Below, piece after piece: positions 1 through 12,800 of a stretch of DNA of 64,000 nucleotides; the first letter of the stretch is position 1, and each line of letters starts with the position of its first letter. The position numbers and the translations under genes were made by a program. A model generated the notes under the pieces. It was not told the DNA's origin and made no database searches. It saw only the letters and a program-made list of their open reading frames with translations. The stretch is from NCBI GenBank assembly GCA_964057225.1, contig OZ059894.1, positions 22,878,001-22,942,000 on the forward strand. Reading direction: 5' to 3'. The stretch comes from Auanema rhodensis (Eukaryota; Animalia; Nematoda).

Positions 1-92
1 CTTAAAAATCCGCATCGAATGCACTATACTACATTGAGAAACGCTTAATACAAAAATTAGTTATGATCGTTTGAAAAATGATGCATTAGTGT

Positions 93-120
93 ATGTTGAG
101 TTTCCATGTACACTCAACAT
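93..120. other. Inverted repeat in each monomer: 9-bp perfect stem, 10-nt loop
   Basis: atgttgagt (93-101) is the exact reverse complement of actcaacat (112-120). Confidence 0.95.
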
Positions 121-147
121 TGCTTCCAAAAACATTTTGACAAAAAT

Positions 148-159
148 TTTTTCGAAAAA
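148..159. other. 12-bp perfect palindrome tttttcgaaaaa inside an imperfect A/T-tract dyad
   Basis: Read directly from aaaaattttttcgaaaaattt (142-162). The flanking aaa/ttt pair if one T is bulged. Confidence 0.95.
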
Positions 160-270
160 TTTCAGAATAATTTAGCAAAAAGTAGATGTTTTTAGATTCC
201 TTTTTTCAAGGCAAAGACGATGGTCAATGTTATTCAACGAAAAAATCAATTCTTCAGGGTGAAAATCGAG

Positions 271-292
271 GATATAAGTGTGAACTTATATC
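271..292. other. Inverted repeat in each monomer: 9-bp perfect stem, 4-nt loop
   Basis: gatataagt (271-279) pairs with acttatatc (284-292). It overlaps a second dyad, atatca-gt-tgatat (288-301). Confidence 0.95.
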
Positions 293-302
293 AGTTGATA
301 TC

Positions 303-369
303 TCGGTGCATTTTTAAGCTAGCGCAAATCTGATAACACAGATCGACGCAGCTTAAAAATCCGCATCGA
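303..369. other. Extended imperfect hairpin spanning each monomer junction
   Basis: Nested stems: tcggtgc/gcatcga (one G-T pair, 2-nt bulge), atttttaagct (310-320)/agcttaaaaat (350-360) perfect over 11 bp, gcg/cgc, and atctg (328-332)/cagat (339-343) with a 6-nt loop. Confidence 0.9.
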
Positions 370-3300
370 ATGCACTATACTACATTGAGAAACGCTTAAT
401 ACAAAAATTAGTTATGATCGTTTGAAAAATGATGCATTAGTGTATGTTGAGTTTCCATGTACACTCAACATTGCTTCCAAAAACATTTTGACAAAAATTT
501 TTTCGAAAAATTTCAGAATAATTTAGCAAAAACTAGATGTTTTTAGATTCCTTTTTTCAAGGCAAAGACGATGGTCAATGTTATTCAACGAAAAAATCAA
601 TTCTTCAGGGTGAAAATCGAGGATATAAGTGTGAACTTATATCAGTTGATATCTCGGTGCATTTTTAAGCTAGCGCAAATCTGATAACACAGATCGACGC
701 AGCTTAAAAATCCGCATCGAATGCACTATACTACATTAAGAAACGCTTAATACAAAAATTAGTTATGATCGTTTGAAAAATGATGCATTAGTGTATGTTG
801 AGTTTCCATGTACACTCAACATTGCTTCCAAAAACATTTTGACAAAAATTTTTTCGAAAAATTTCAAAATAATTTAGCAAAAAGTAGATGTTTTTAGATT
901 CCTTTTTTCAAGGCAAAGACGATGGACAATGTTATTCAACGAAAAAATTAATTCTTCAGGGTGAAAATCGAGGATATAAGTGTGAACTTATATCAGTTGA
1001 TATCTCGGTGCATTTTTAAGTTAGCGCAAATCTGATAACACAGATCGACGCAGCTTAAAAATCCGCATCGAATGCACTATACTACATTAAGAAACGCTTA
1101 ATACAAAAATTAGTTATGATCGTTTGAAAAATGATGCATTAGTGTATGTTGAGTTTCCATGTACACTCAACATTGCTTCCAAAAACATTTTGACAAAAAT
1201 TTTTTCGAAAAATTTCAAAATAATTTAGCAAAAAGTAGATGTTTTTAGATTCCTTTTTTCAAGGCAAAGACGATGGACAATGTTATTCAACGAAAAAATT
1301 AATTCTTCAGGGTGAAAATCGAGGATATAAGTGTGAACTTATATCAGTTGATATCTCGGTGCATTTTTAAGCTAGCGCAAATCTGATAACACAGATCGAC
1401 GCAGCTTAAAAATCCGCATCGAATGCACTATACTACATTGAGAAACGCTTAATACAAAAATTAGTTATGATCGTTTGAAAAATGATGCATTAGTGTATGT
1501 TGAGTTTCCATGTACACTCAACATTGCTTCCAAAAACATTTTGACAAAAATTTTTTCGAAAAATTTCAGAATAATTTAGCAAAAAGTAGATGTTTTTAGA
1601 TTCCTTTTTTCAAGGCAAAGACGATGGTCAATGTTATTCAACGAAAAAATCAATTCTTCAGGGTGAAAATCGAGGATATAAGTGTGAACTTATATCAGTT
1701 GATATCTCGGTGCATTTTTAAGCTAGCGCAAATCTGATAACACAGATCGACGCAGCTTAAAAATCCGCATCGAATGCACTATACTACATTAAGAAACGCT
1801 TAATACAAAAATTAGTTATGATCGTTTGAAAAATGATGCATTAGTGTATGTTGAGTTTCCATGTACACTCAACATTGCTTCCAAAAACATTTTGACAAAA
1901 ATTTTTTCGAAAAATTTCAAAATAATTTAGCAAAAAGTAGATGTTTTTAGATTCCTTTTTTCAAGGCAAAGACGATGGACAATGTTATTCAACGAAAAAA
2001 TTAATTCTTCAGGGTGAAAATCGAGGATATAAGTGTGAACTTATATCAGTTGATATCTCGGTGCATTTTTAAGCTAGCGCAAATCTGATAACACAGATCG
2101 ACGCAGCTTAAAAATCCGCATCGAATGCACTATACTACATTAAGAAACGCTTAATACAAAAATTAGTTATGATCGTTTGAAAAATGATGCATTAGTGTAT
2201 GTTGAGTTTCCATGTACACTCAACATTGCTTCCAAAAACATTTTGACAAAAATTTTTTCGAAAAATTTCAGAATAATTTAGCAAAAAGTAGATGTTTTTA
2301 GATTCCTTTTTCCAAGGCAAAGACGATGGTCAATGTTATTCAACGAAAAAATCAATTCTTCAGGGTGAAAATCGAGGATATAAGTGTGAACTTATATCAG
2401 TTGATATCTCGGTGCATTTTTAAGCTAGCGCAAATCTGATAACACAGATCGACGCAGCTTAAAAATCCGCATCGAATGCACTATACTACATTGAGAAACG
2501 CTTAATACAAAAATTAGTTATGATCGTTTGAAAAATGATGCATTAGTGTATGTTGAGTTTCCATGTACACTCAACATTGCTTCCAAAAACATTTTGACAA
2601 AAATTTTTTCGAAAAATTTCAGAATAATTCAGCAAAAAGTAGATGATTTTAGATTTCATTTTTCAAGGCAAAGACGATGAACAATGTTATTCAACGAAAA
2701 AATTAATTCTTCAGGGTGAAAATCGAGGATATAAGTGTGAACTTATATCAGTTGATATCTCGGTGCATTTTTAAGCTAGCGCAAATCTGATAACACAGAT
2801 CGACGCAGCTTAACAATCCGCATCGAATGCACTATACTACATTGAAAAACGCTTAATACAAAAATTAGTTATGATCGTTTGAAAAATGATGCTTTAGTGT
2901 ATGTTGAGTTTCCATGTACACTCAACATTGCTTCCAAAAACATTTTGACAAAAATTTTTTCGAAAAATTTCAGAATAATTTAGCAAAAAGTAGATGTTTT
3001 TAGATTCCATTTTTCAAGGCAAAGACGATGGACAATGTTATTCAACGAAAAAATCAATTCTTCAGGGTGAAAATCGAGGATATAAGTGTGAACTTATATC
3101 AGTTGATATCTCGGTGCATTTTTAAGCTAGCGCAAATCTGATAACACAGATCGACGCAGCTTAAAAATCCGCATCGAATGCACTATACTACATTGAGAAA
3201 CGATTAATACAAAAATTAGTTATGATCGTTTGAAAAATGATGCATTAGTGTATGTTGAGTTTCCATGTACACTCAACATTGCTTCCAAAAACATTTTGAC

Positions 3301-5967
3301 AAAAATTTTTTCGAAAAATTTCAGAATAATTTTGCAAAAAGTAGATGTTTTCAGATTCCTTTTCTCAAGGCAAAGACGATGGTCAATGTTATTCAACGAA
3401 AAAATCAATTCTTCAGGGTGAAAATCGAGGATATAAGTGTGAACTTATATCAGTTGATATCTCGGTGCATTTTTAAGCTAGCGCAAATCTGATAACACAG
3501 ATCGACGCAGCTTAAAAATCCGCATCGAATGCACTATACTACATTGAGAAACGCTTAATACAAAAATTAGTTATGATCGTTTGAAAAATGATGCATTAGT
3601 GTATGTTGAGTTTCCATGTACACTCAACATTGCTTCCAAAAACATTTTGACAAAAATTTTTTCGAAAAATTTCAGAATAATTTAGCAAAAAGTAGATGTT
3701 TTTAGATTCCTTTTTTCAAGGCAAAGACGATGGTCAATGTTATTCAACGAAAAAATCAATTCTTCAGGGTGAAAATCGAGGATATAAGTGTGAACTTATA
3801 TCAGTTGATATCTCGGTTTATTTTTAAGCTAGCGCAAATCTGATAACACAGATCGACGAGGCTTAAAAATCCGCATCGAATGCACTATACTATATTGAGA
3901 AACGCTTAATACAAAAATTAGTTATGATCGTTTGAAAAATGATGCATTAGTGTATGTTGAGTTTCCATGTACACTCAACATTGCTTCCAAAAACATTTTG
4001 ACAAAAATTTTTTCGAAAAATTTCAGAATAATTTAGCAAAAACTAGATGTTTTTAGATTCCTTTTTTCAAGGCAAAGACGATGGTCAATGTTATTCAACG
4101 AAAAAATCAATTCTTCAGGGTGAAAATCGAGGATATAAGTGTGAACTTATATCAGTTGATATCTCGGTGCATTTTTAAGCTAGCGCAAATCTGATAACAC
4201 AGATCAACGCAGCTTAAAAATCCGCATCGAATGCACTATACTACATTGAGAAACGCTTAATACAAAAATTAGTTATGATCGTTTGAAAAATGATGCATTA
4301 GTGTATGTTGAGTTTCCATGTACACTCAACATTGCTTCCAAAAACATTTTGACAAAAATTTTTTCGAAAAATTTCAGAATAATTTAGCAAAAAGTAGATG
4401 ATTTTAGATTCCATTTTTCAAGGCAAAGACGATGAACAATGTTATTCAACGAAAAAATCAATTCTTCAGGGTGAAAATCGAGGATATAAGTGTGAACTTA
4501 TATCAGTTGATATCTCGGTGCATTTTTAAGCTAGCGCAAATCTGATAACACAGATCGACGCAGCTTAACAATCCGCATCGAATGCACTATACTACATTGA
4601 AAAACGCTTAATACAAAAATTAGTTATGATCGTTTGAAAAATGATGCATTAGTGTATGTTGAGTTTCCATGTACACTCAACATTGCTTCCAAAAACATTT
4701 TGACAAAAATTTTTTCGAAAAATTTCAGAATAATTTAGCAAAAAGTAGATGTTTTTAGATTCCATTTTTCAAGGCAAAGACGATGGACAATGTTATTCAA
4801 CGAAAAAATCAATTCTTCAGGGTGAAAATCGAGGATATAAGTGTGAACTTATATCAGTTGATATCTCGGTGCATTTTTAAGCTAGCGCAAATCTGATAAC
4901 ACAGATCGACGCAGCTTAAAAATCCGCATCGAATGCACTATACTACATTAAGAAACGCTTAATACAAAAATTAGTTATGATCGTTTGAAAAATGATGCAT
5001 TAGTGTATGTTGAGTTTCCATGTACACTCAACATTGCTTCCAAAAACATTTTGACAAAAATTTTTTCGAAAAATTTCAGAATAATTCAGCAAAAAGTAGA
5101 TGATTTTAGATTCCATTTTTCAAGGCAAAGACGATGAACAATGTTATTCAACGAAAAAATTAATTCTTCAGGGTGAAAATCGAGGATATAAGTGTGAACT
5201 TATATCAGTTGATATCTCGGTGCATTTTTAAGCTAGCGCAAATCTGATAACACAGATCGACGCAGCTTAACAATCCGCATCGAATGCACTATACTACATT
5301 GAAAAACGCTTAATACAAAAATTAGTTATGATCGTTTGAAAAATGATGCTTTAGTGTATGTTGAGTTTCCATGTACACTCAACATTGCTTCCAAAAACAT
5401 TTTGACAAAAATTTTTTCGAAAAATTTCAGAATAATTTAGCAAAAAGTAGATGTTTTTAGAATCCATTTTTCAAGGCAAAGATGATGGACAATGTTATTC
5501 AACGAAAAAATCAATTCTTCAGGGTGAAAATCGAGGATATAAGTGTGAACTTATATCAGTTGATATCTCGGTGCATTTTTAAGCTAGCGCAAATCTGATA
5601 ACACAGATCGACGCAGCTTAAAAATCCGCATCGAATGCACTATACTACATTGAGAAACGATTAATACAAAAATTAGTTATGATCGTTTGAAAAATGATGC
5701 ATTAGTGTATGTTGAGTTTCCATGTACACTCAACATTGCTTCCAAAAACATTTTGACAAAAATTTTTTCGAAAAATTTCAGAATAATTTAGCAAAAAGTA
5801 GATGTTTTTAGATTCCATTTTTCAAGGCAAAGACGATGGACAATGTTATTCAACGAAAAAATCAATTCTTCAGGGTGAAAATCGAGGATATAAGTGTGTA
5901 CTTATATCAGTTGATATCTCGGTGCATTTTTAAGCTAGCGCAAATCTGATAACACAGATCGACGCAG

Positions 5968-8900
5968 CTTAAAAATCCGCATCGAATGCACTATACTACA
6001 TTAAGAAACGCTTGATACAAAAATTAGTTATGATCGTTTGAAAAATGATGCATTAGTGTATGTTGAGTTTCCATGTACACTCAACATTGCTTCCAAAAAC
6101 ATTTTGACAAAAATTTTTTCGAAAAATTTCAAAATAATTTAGCAAAAAGTAGATGTTTTTAGATTCCTTTTTTCAAGGCAAAGACGATGGACAATGTTAT
6201 TCAACGAAAAAATTAATTCTTCAGGGTGAAAATCGAGGATATAAGTGTGAACTTATATCAGTTGATATCTCGGTGCATTTTTAAGCTAGCGCAAATCTGA
6301 TAACACAGATCGACGCAGCTTAAAAATCCGCATCGAATGCACTATACTACATTAAGAAACGCTCAATACAAGAATTAGTTATGATCGTTTGAAAAATGAT
6401 GCATTAGTGTATGTTGAGTTTCCATGTACACTCAACATTGCTTCCAAAAACATTTTGACAAAAATTTTTTCGAAAAATTTCAGAATAATTTAGCAAAAAG
6501 TAGATGTTTTTAGATTCCATTTTTCAAGGCAAAGACGATGGACAATGTTATTCAACGAAAAAATCAATTCTTCAGGGTGAAAATCGAGGATATAAGTGTG
6601 AACTTATATCAGTTGATATCTCGGTGCATTTTTAAGCTAGCGCAAATCTGATAACACAGATCGACGCAGCTTAAAAATCCGCATCGAATGCACTATACTA
6701 CATTAAGAAACGCTTAATACAAAAATTAGTTATGATCGTTTGAAAAATGATGCATTAGTGTATGTTGAGTTTCCATGTACACTCAACATTGCTTCCAAAA
6801 ACATTTTGACAAAAATTTTTTCGAAAAATTTCAGAATAATTTAGCAAAAAGTAGATGTTTTTAGATTCCTTTTTTCAAGGCAAAGACGATGGTCAATGTT
6901 ATTCAACGAAAAAATCAATTCTTCAGGGTGAAAATCGAGGATATAAGTGTGAACTTATATCAGTTGATATCTCGGTGCATTTTTAAGCTAGCGCAAATCT
7001 GATAACACAGATCGACGCAGCTTAAAAATCCGCATCGAATGCACTATACTACATTAAGAAACGCTTAATACAAAAATTAGTTATGATCGTTTGAAAAATG
7101 ATGCATTAGTGTATGTTGAGTTTCCATGTACACTCAACATTGCTTCCAAAAACATTTTGACAAAAATTTTTTCGAAAAATTTCAAAATAATTTAGCAAAA
7201 AGTAGATGTTTTTAGATTCCTTTTTTCAAGGCAAAGACGATGGACAATGTTATTCAACGAAAAAATTAATTCTTCAGGGTGAAAATCGAGGATATAAGTG
7301 TGAACTTATATCAGTTGATATCTCGGTGCATTTTTAAGCTAGCGCAAATCTGATAACACAGATCGACGCAGCTTAAAAATCCGCATCGAATGCACTATAC
7401 TACATTAAGAAACGCTCAATACAAAAATTAGTTATGATCGTTTGAAAAATGATGCATTAGTGTATGTTGAGTTTCCATGTACACTCAACATTGCTTCCAA
7501 AAACATTTTGACAAAAATTTTTTCGAAAAATTTCAGAATAATTTAGCAAAAAGTAGATGTTTTTAGATTCCATTTTTCAAGGCAAAGACGATGGACAATG
7601 TTATTCAACGAAAAAATCAATTCTTCAGGGTGAAAATCGAGGATATAAGTGTGAACTTATATCAGTTGATATCTCGGTGCATTTTTAAGCTAGCGCAAAT
7701 CTGATAACACAGATCGACGCAGCTTAAAAATCCGCATCGAATGCACTATACTACATTAAGAAACGCTTAATACAAAAATTAGTTATGATCGTTTGAAAAA
7801 TGATGCATTAGTGTATGTTGAGTTTCCATGTACACTCAACATTGCTTCCAAAAACATTTTGACAAAAATTTTTTCGAAAAATTTCAGAATAATTTAGCAA
7901 AAAGTAGATGTTTTTAGATTCCTTTTTTCAAGGCAAAGACGATGGTCAATGTTATTCAACGAAAAAATCAATTCTTCAGGGTGAAAATCGAGGATATAAG
8001 TGTGAACTTATATCAGTTGATATCTCGGTGCATTTTTAAGCTAGCGCAAATCTGATAACACAGATCGACGCAGCTTAAAAATCCGCATCGAATGCACTAT
8101 ACTACATTAAGAAACGCTTGATACAAAAATTAGTTATGATCGTTTGAAAAATGATGCATTAGTGTATGTTGAGTTTCCATGTACACTCAACATTGCTTCC
8201 AAAAACATTTTGACAAAAATTTTTTCGAAAAATTTCAAAATAATTTAGCAAAAAGTAGATGTTTTTAGATTCCTTTTTTCAAGGCAAAGACGATGGACAA
8301 TGTTATTCAACGAAAAAATTAATTCTTCAGGGTGAAAATCGAGGATATAAGTGTGAACTTATATCAGTTGATATCTCGGTGCATTTTTAAGCTAGCGCAA
8401 ATCTGATAACACAGATCGACGCAGCTTAAAAATCCGCATCGAATGCACTATACTACATTAAGAAACGCTCAATACAAGAATTAGTTATGATCGTTTGAAA
8501 AATGATGCATTAGTGTATGTTGAGTTTCCATGTACACTCAACATTGCTTCCAAAAACATTTTGACAAAAATTTTTTCGAAAAATTTCAGAATAATTTAGC
8601 AAAAAGTAGATGTTTTTAGATTCCATTTTTCAAGGCAAAGACGATGGACAATGTTATTCAACGAAAAAATCAATTCTTCAGGGTGAAAATCGAGGATATA
8701 AGTGTGAACTTATATCAGTTGATATCTCGGTGCATTTTTAAGCTAGCGCAAATCTGATAACACAGATCGACGCAGCTTAAAAATCCGCATCGAATGCACT
8801 ATACTACATTAAGAAACGCTTAATACAAAAATTAGTTATGATCGTTTGAAAAATGATGCATTAGTGTATGTTGAGTTTCCATGTACACTCAACATTGCTT

Positions 8901-9828
8901 CCAAAAACATTTTGACAAAAATTTTTTCGAAAAATTTCAGAATAATTTAGCAAAAAGTAGATGTTTTTAGATTCCTTTTTTCAAGGCAAAGACGATGGTC
9001 AATGTTATTCAACGAAAAAATCAATTCTTCAGGGTGAAAATCGAGGATATAAGTGTGAACTTATATCAGTTGATATCTCGGTGCATTTTTAAGCTAGCGC
9101 AAATCTGATAACACAGATCGACGCAGCTTAAAAATCCGCATCGAATGCACTATACTACATTAAGAAACGCTTAATACAAAAATTAGTTATGATCGTTTGA
9201 AAAATGATGCATTAGTGTATGTTGAGTTTCCATGTACACTCAACATTGCTTCCAAAAACATTTTGACAAAAATTTTTTCGAAAAATTTCAAAATAATTTA
9301 GCAAAAAGTAGATGTTTTTAGATTCCTTTTTTCAAGGCAAAGACGATGGACAATGTTATTCAACGAAAAAATTAATTCTTCAGGGTGAAAATCGAGGATA
9401 TAAGTGTGAACTTATATCAGTTGATATCTCGGTGCATTTTTAAGCTAGCGCAAATCTGATAACACAGATCGACGCAGCTTAAAAATCCGCATCGAATGCA
9501 CTATACTACATTAAGAAACGCTCAATACAAAAATTAGTTATGATCGTTTGAAAAATGATGCATTAGTGTATGTTGAGTTTCCATGTACACTCAACATTGC
9601 TTCCAAAAACATTTTGACAAAAATTTTTTCGAAAAATTTCAGAATAATTTAGCAAAAAGTAGATGTTTTTAGATTCCATTTTTCAAGGCAAAGACGATGG
9701 ACAATGTTATTCAACGAAAAAATCAATTCTTCAGGGTGAAAATCGAGGATATAAGTGTGAACTTATATCAGTTGATATCTCGGTGCATTTTTAAGCTAGC
9801 GCAAATCTGATAACACAGATCGACGCAG
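5968..9828 (+). repeat. Local higher-order repeat: 3-monomer pattern nested in a 6-monomer (2106-bp) period
   Basis: M18-M28 cycle through three body haplotypes. The rare markers cttgat (M18, M24) and acaagaa (M19, M25) recur 2106 bp apart. Confidence 0.85.
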
Positions 9829-12800
9829 CTTAAAAATCCGCATCGAATGCACTATACTACATTAAGAAACGCTTAATACAAAAATTAGTTATGATCGTTT
9901 GAAAAATGATGCATTAGTGTATGTTGAGTTTCCATGTACACTCAACATTGCTTCCAAAAACATTTTGACAAAAATTTTTTCGAAAAATTTCAGAATAATT
10001 CAGCAAAAAGTAGATGATTTTAGATTTCATTTTTCAAGGCAAAGACGATGAACAATGTTATTCAACGAAAAAATTAATTCTTCAGGGTGAAAATCGAGGA
10101 TATAAGTGTGAACTTATATCAGTTGATATCTCGGTGCATTTTTAAGCTAGCGCAAATCTGATAACACAGATCGACGCAGCTTAACAATCCGCATCGAATG
10201 CACAATACTACATTGAAAAACGCTTAATACAAAAATTAGTTATGATCGTTTGAAAAATGATGCATTAGTGTATGTTGAGTTTCCATGTACACTCAACATT
10301 GCTTCCAAAAACATTTTGACAAAAATTTTTTCGAAAAATTTCAGAATAATTTAGCAAAAAGTAGATGTTTTTAGATTCCATTTTTCAAGGCAAAGACGAT
10401 GGACAATGTTATTCAACGAAAAAATCAATTCTTCAGGGTGAAAATCGAGGATATAAGTGTGAACTTATATCAGTTGATATCTCGGTGCATTTTTAAGCTA
10501 GCGCAAATCTGATAACACAGATCGACGCAGCTTAAAAATCCGCATCGAATGCACTATACTACATTAAGAAACGCTTAATACAAAAATTAGTTATGATCGT
10601 TTGAAAAATGATGCATTAGTGTATGTTGAGTTTCCATGTACACTCAACATTGCTTCCAAAAACATTTTGACAAAAATTTTTTCGAAAAATTTCAGAATAA
10701 TTCAGCAAAAAGTAGATGATTTTAGATTCCATTTTTCAAAGCAAAGACGATGAACAATGTTATTCAACGAAAAAATTAATTCTTCAGGGTGAAAATCGAG
10801 GATATAAGTGTGAACTTATATCAGTTGATATCTCGGTGCATTTTTAAGCTAGCGCAAATCTGATAACACAGATCGACGCAGCTTAACAATCCGCATCGAA
10901 TGCACTATACTACATTGAAAAACGCTTAATACAAAAATTAGTTATGATCGTTTGAAAAATGATGCATTAGTGTATGTTGAGTTTCCATGTACACTCAACA
11001 TTGCTTCCAAAAACATTTTGACAAAAATTTTTTCGAAAAATTTCAGAATAATTTAGCAAAAAGTAGATGTTTTTAGATTCCATTTTTCAAGGCAAAGACG
11101 ATGGACAATGTTATTCAACGAAAAAATCAATTCTTCAGGGTGAAAATCGAGGATATAAGTGTGAACTTATATCAGTTGATATCTCGGTGCATTTTTAAGC
11201 TAGCGCAAATCTGATAACACAGAACGACGCAGCTTAAAAATCCGCATCGAATGCACTGTACTACATTGAGAAACGCTTAATACAAAAATTAGTTATGATC
11301 GTTTGAAAAATGATGCATTAGTGTATGTTGAGTTTCCATGTACACTCAACATTGCTTCCAAAAACATTTTGACAAAAATTTTTTCGAAAAATTTCAGAAT
11401 AATTCAGCAAAAAGTAGATGATTTTAGATTCCATTTTTCAAGGCAAAGACGATGAACAATGTTATTCAACGAAAAAATTAATTCTTCAGGGTGAAAATCG
11501 AGGATATAAGTGTGAACTTATATCAGTTGATATCTCGGTGCATTTTTAAGCTAGCGCAAATCTGATAACACAGATCGACGCAGCTTAACAATCCGCATCG
11601 AATGCACTATACTACATTGAAAAACGCTTAATACAAAAATTAGTTATGATCGTTTGAAAAATGATGCATTAGTGTATGTTGAGTTTCCATGTACACTCAA
11701 CATTGCTTCCAAAAACATTTTGACAAAAATTTTTTCGAAAAATTTCAGAATAATTTAGCAAAAAGTAGATGTTTTTAGATTCCATTTTTCAAGGCAAAGA
11801 CGATGGACAATGTTATTCAACGAAAAAATCAATTCTTCAGGGTGAAAATCGAGGATATAAGTGTGAACTTATATCAGTTGATATCTCGGTGCATTTTTAA
11901 GCTAGCGCAAATCTGATAACACAGAACGACGCAGCTTAAAATTCCGCATCGAATGCACTATACTACATTGAGAAACGCTTAATACAAAAATTAGTTATGA
12001 TCGTTTGAAAAATGATGCATTAGTGTATGTTGAGTTTCCATGTACACTCAACATTGCTTCCAAAAACATTTTGACAAAAATTTTTTCGAAAAATTTCAGA
12101 ATAATTTAGCAAAAAGTAGATGTTTTTAGATTCCTTTTTTCAAGGCAAAGACGATGGTCAATGTTATTCAACGAAAAAATCAATTCTTCAGGGTGAAAAT
12201 CGAGGATATAAGTGTGAACTTATATCAGTTGATATCTCGGTGCATTTTTAAGCTAGCGCAAATCTGATAACACAGATCGACGCAGCTTAAAAATCCGCAT
12301 CGAATGCACTATACTACATTAAGAAACGCTTGATACAAAAATTAGTTATGATCGTTTGAAAAATGATGCATTAGTGTATGTTGAGTTTCCATGTACACTC
12401 AACATTGCTTCCAAAAACATTTTGACAAAAATTTTTTCGAAAAATTTCAAAATAATTTAGCAAAAAGTAGATGTTTTTAGATTCCTTTTTTCAAGGCAAA
12501 GACGATGGACAATGTTATTCAACGAAAAAATTAATTCTTCAGGGTGAAAATCGAGGATATAAGTGTGAACTTATATCAGTTGATATCTCGGTGCATTTTT
12601 AAGCTAGCGCAAATCTGATAACACAGATCGACGCAGCTTAAAAATCCGCATCGAATGCACTATACTACATTAAGAAACGCTCAATACAAGAATTAGTTAT
12701 GATCGTTTGAAAAATGATGCATTAGTGTATGTTGAGTTTCCATGTACACTCAACATTGCTTCCAAAAACATTTTGACAAAAATTTTTTCGAAAAATTTCA

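Larger units (their letters stand above)
1..351 (+). repeat. Representative monomer M1 (phase set arbitrarily by the window start)
   Basis: Position 352 restarts cttaaaaatccgcatcg. About 68% AT with many A/T tracts of 4-6 nt and 12 CpGs. Confidence 0.98.

Noticed and set aside
128-206. Phased A/T tracts implying intrinsic curvature
   Set aside because: Tracts are abundant, but their spacing is irregular (about 7-22 bp), so helical phasing cannot be claimed without a curvature calculation.
226-242. CENP-B-box-like motif on the minus strand (tttcgttgaataacatt)
   Set aside because: Only the 5' TTCGTTG part matches, and the essential CGGG is missing.
328-343. Satellite-encoded hammerhead ribozyme (ctgataa resembles CUGANGA)
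   Set aside because: The core motif does not match on either strand (ctgataa on plus, ctgatat on minus), and no compatible three-stem GAAA arrangement was found.
1-351. Tandem RNA-gene array (5S rDNA, tRNA, spliced leader, snRNA) or telomeric repeat
   Set aside because: No recognisable conserved RNA-gene sequence, cloverleaf or short telomeric motif was found, and the unit is uniformly AT-rich.
1-351. Assignment to Drosophila 1.688 (359/353-bp) or beetle ~360-bp satellites
   Set aside because: Only the length and AT-richness are similar, and I see no sequence match I can support. A database search is needed.
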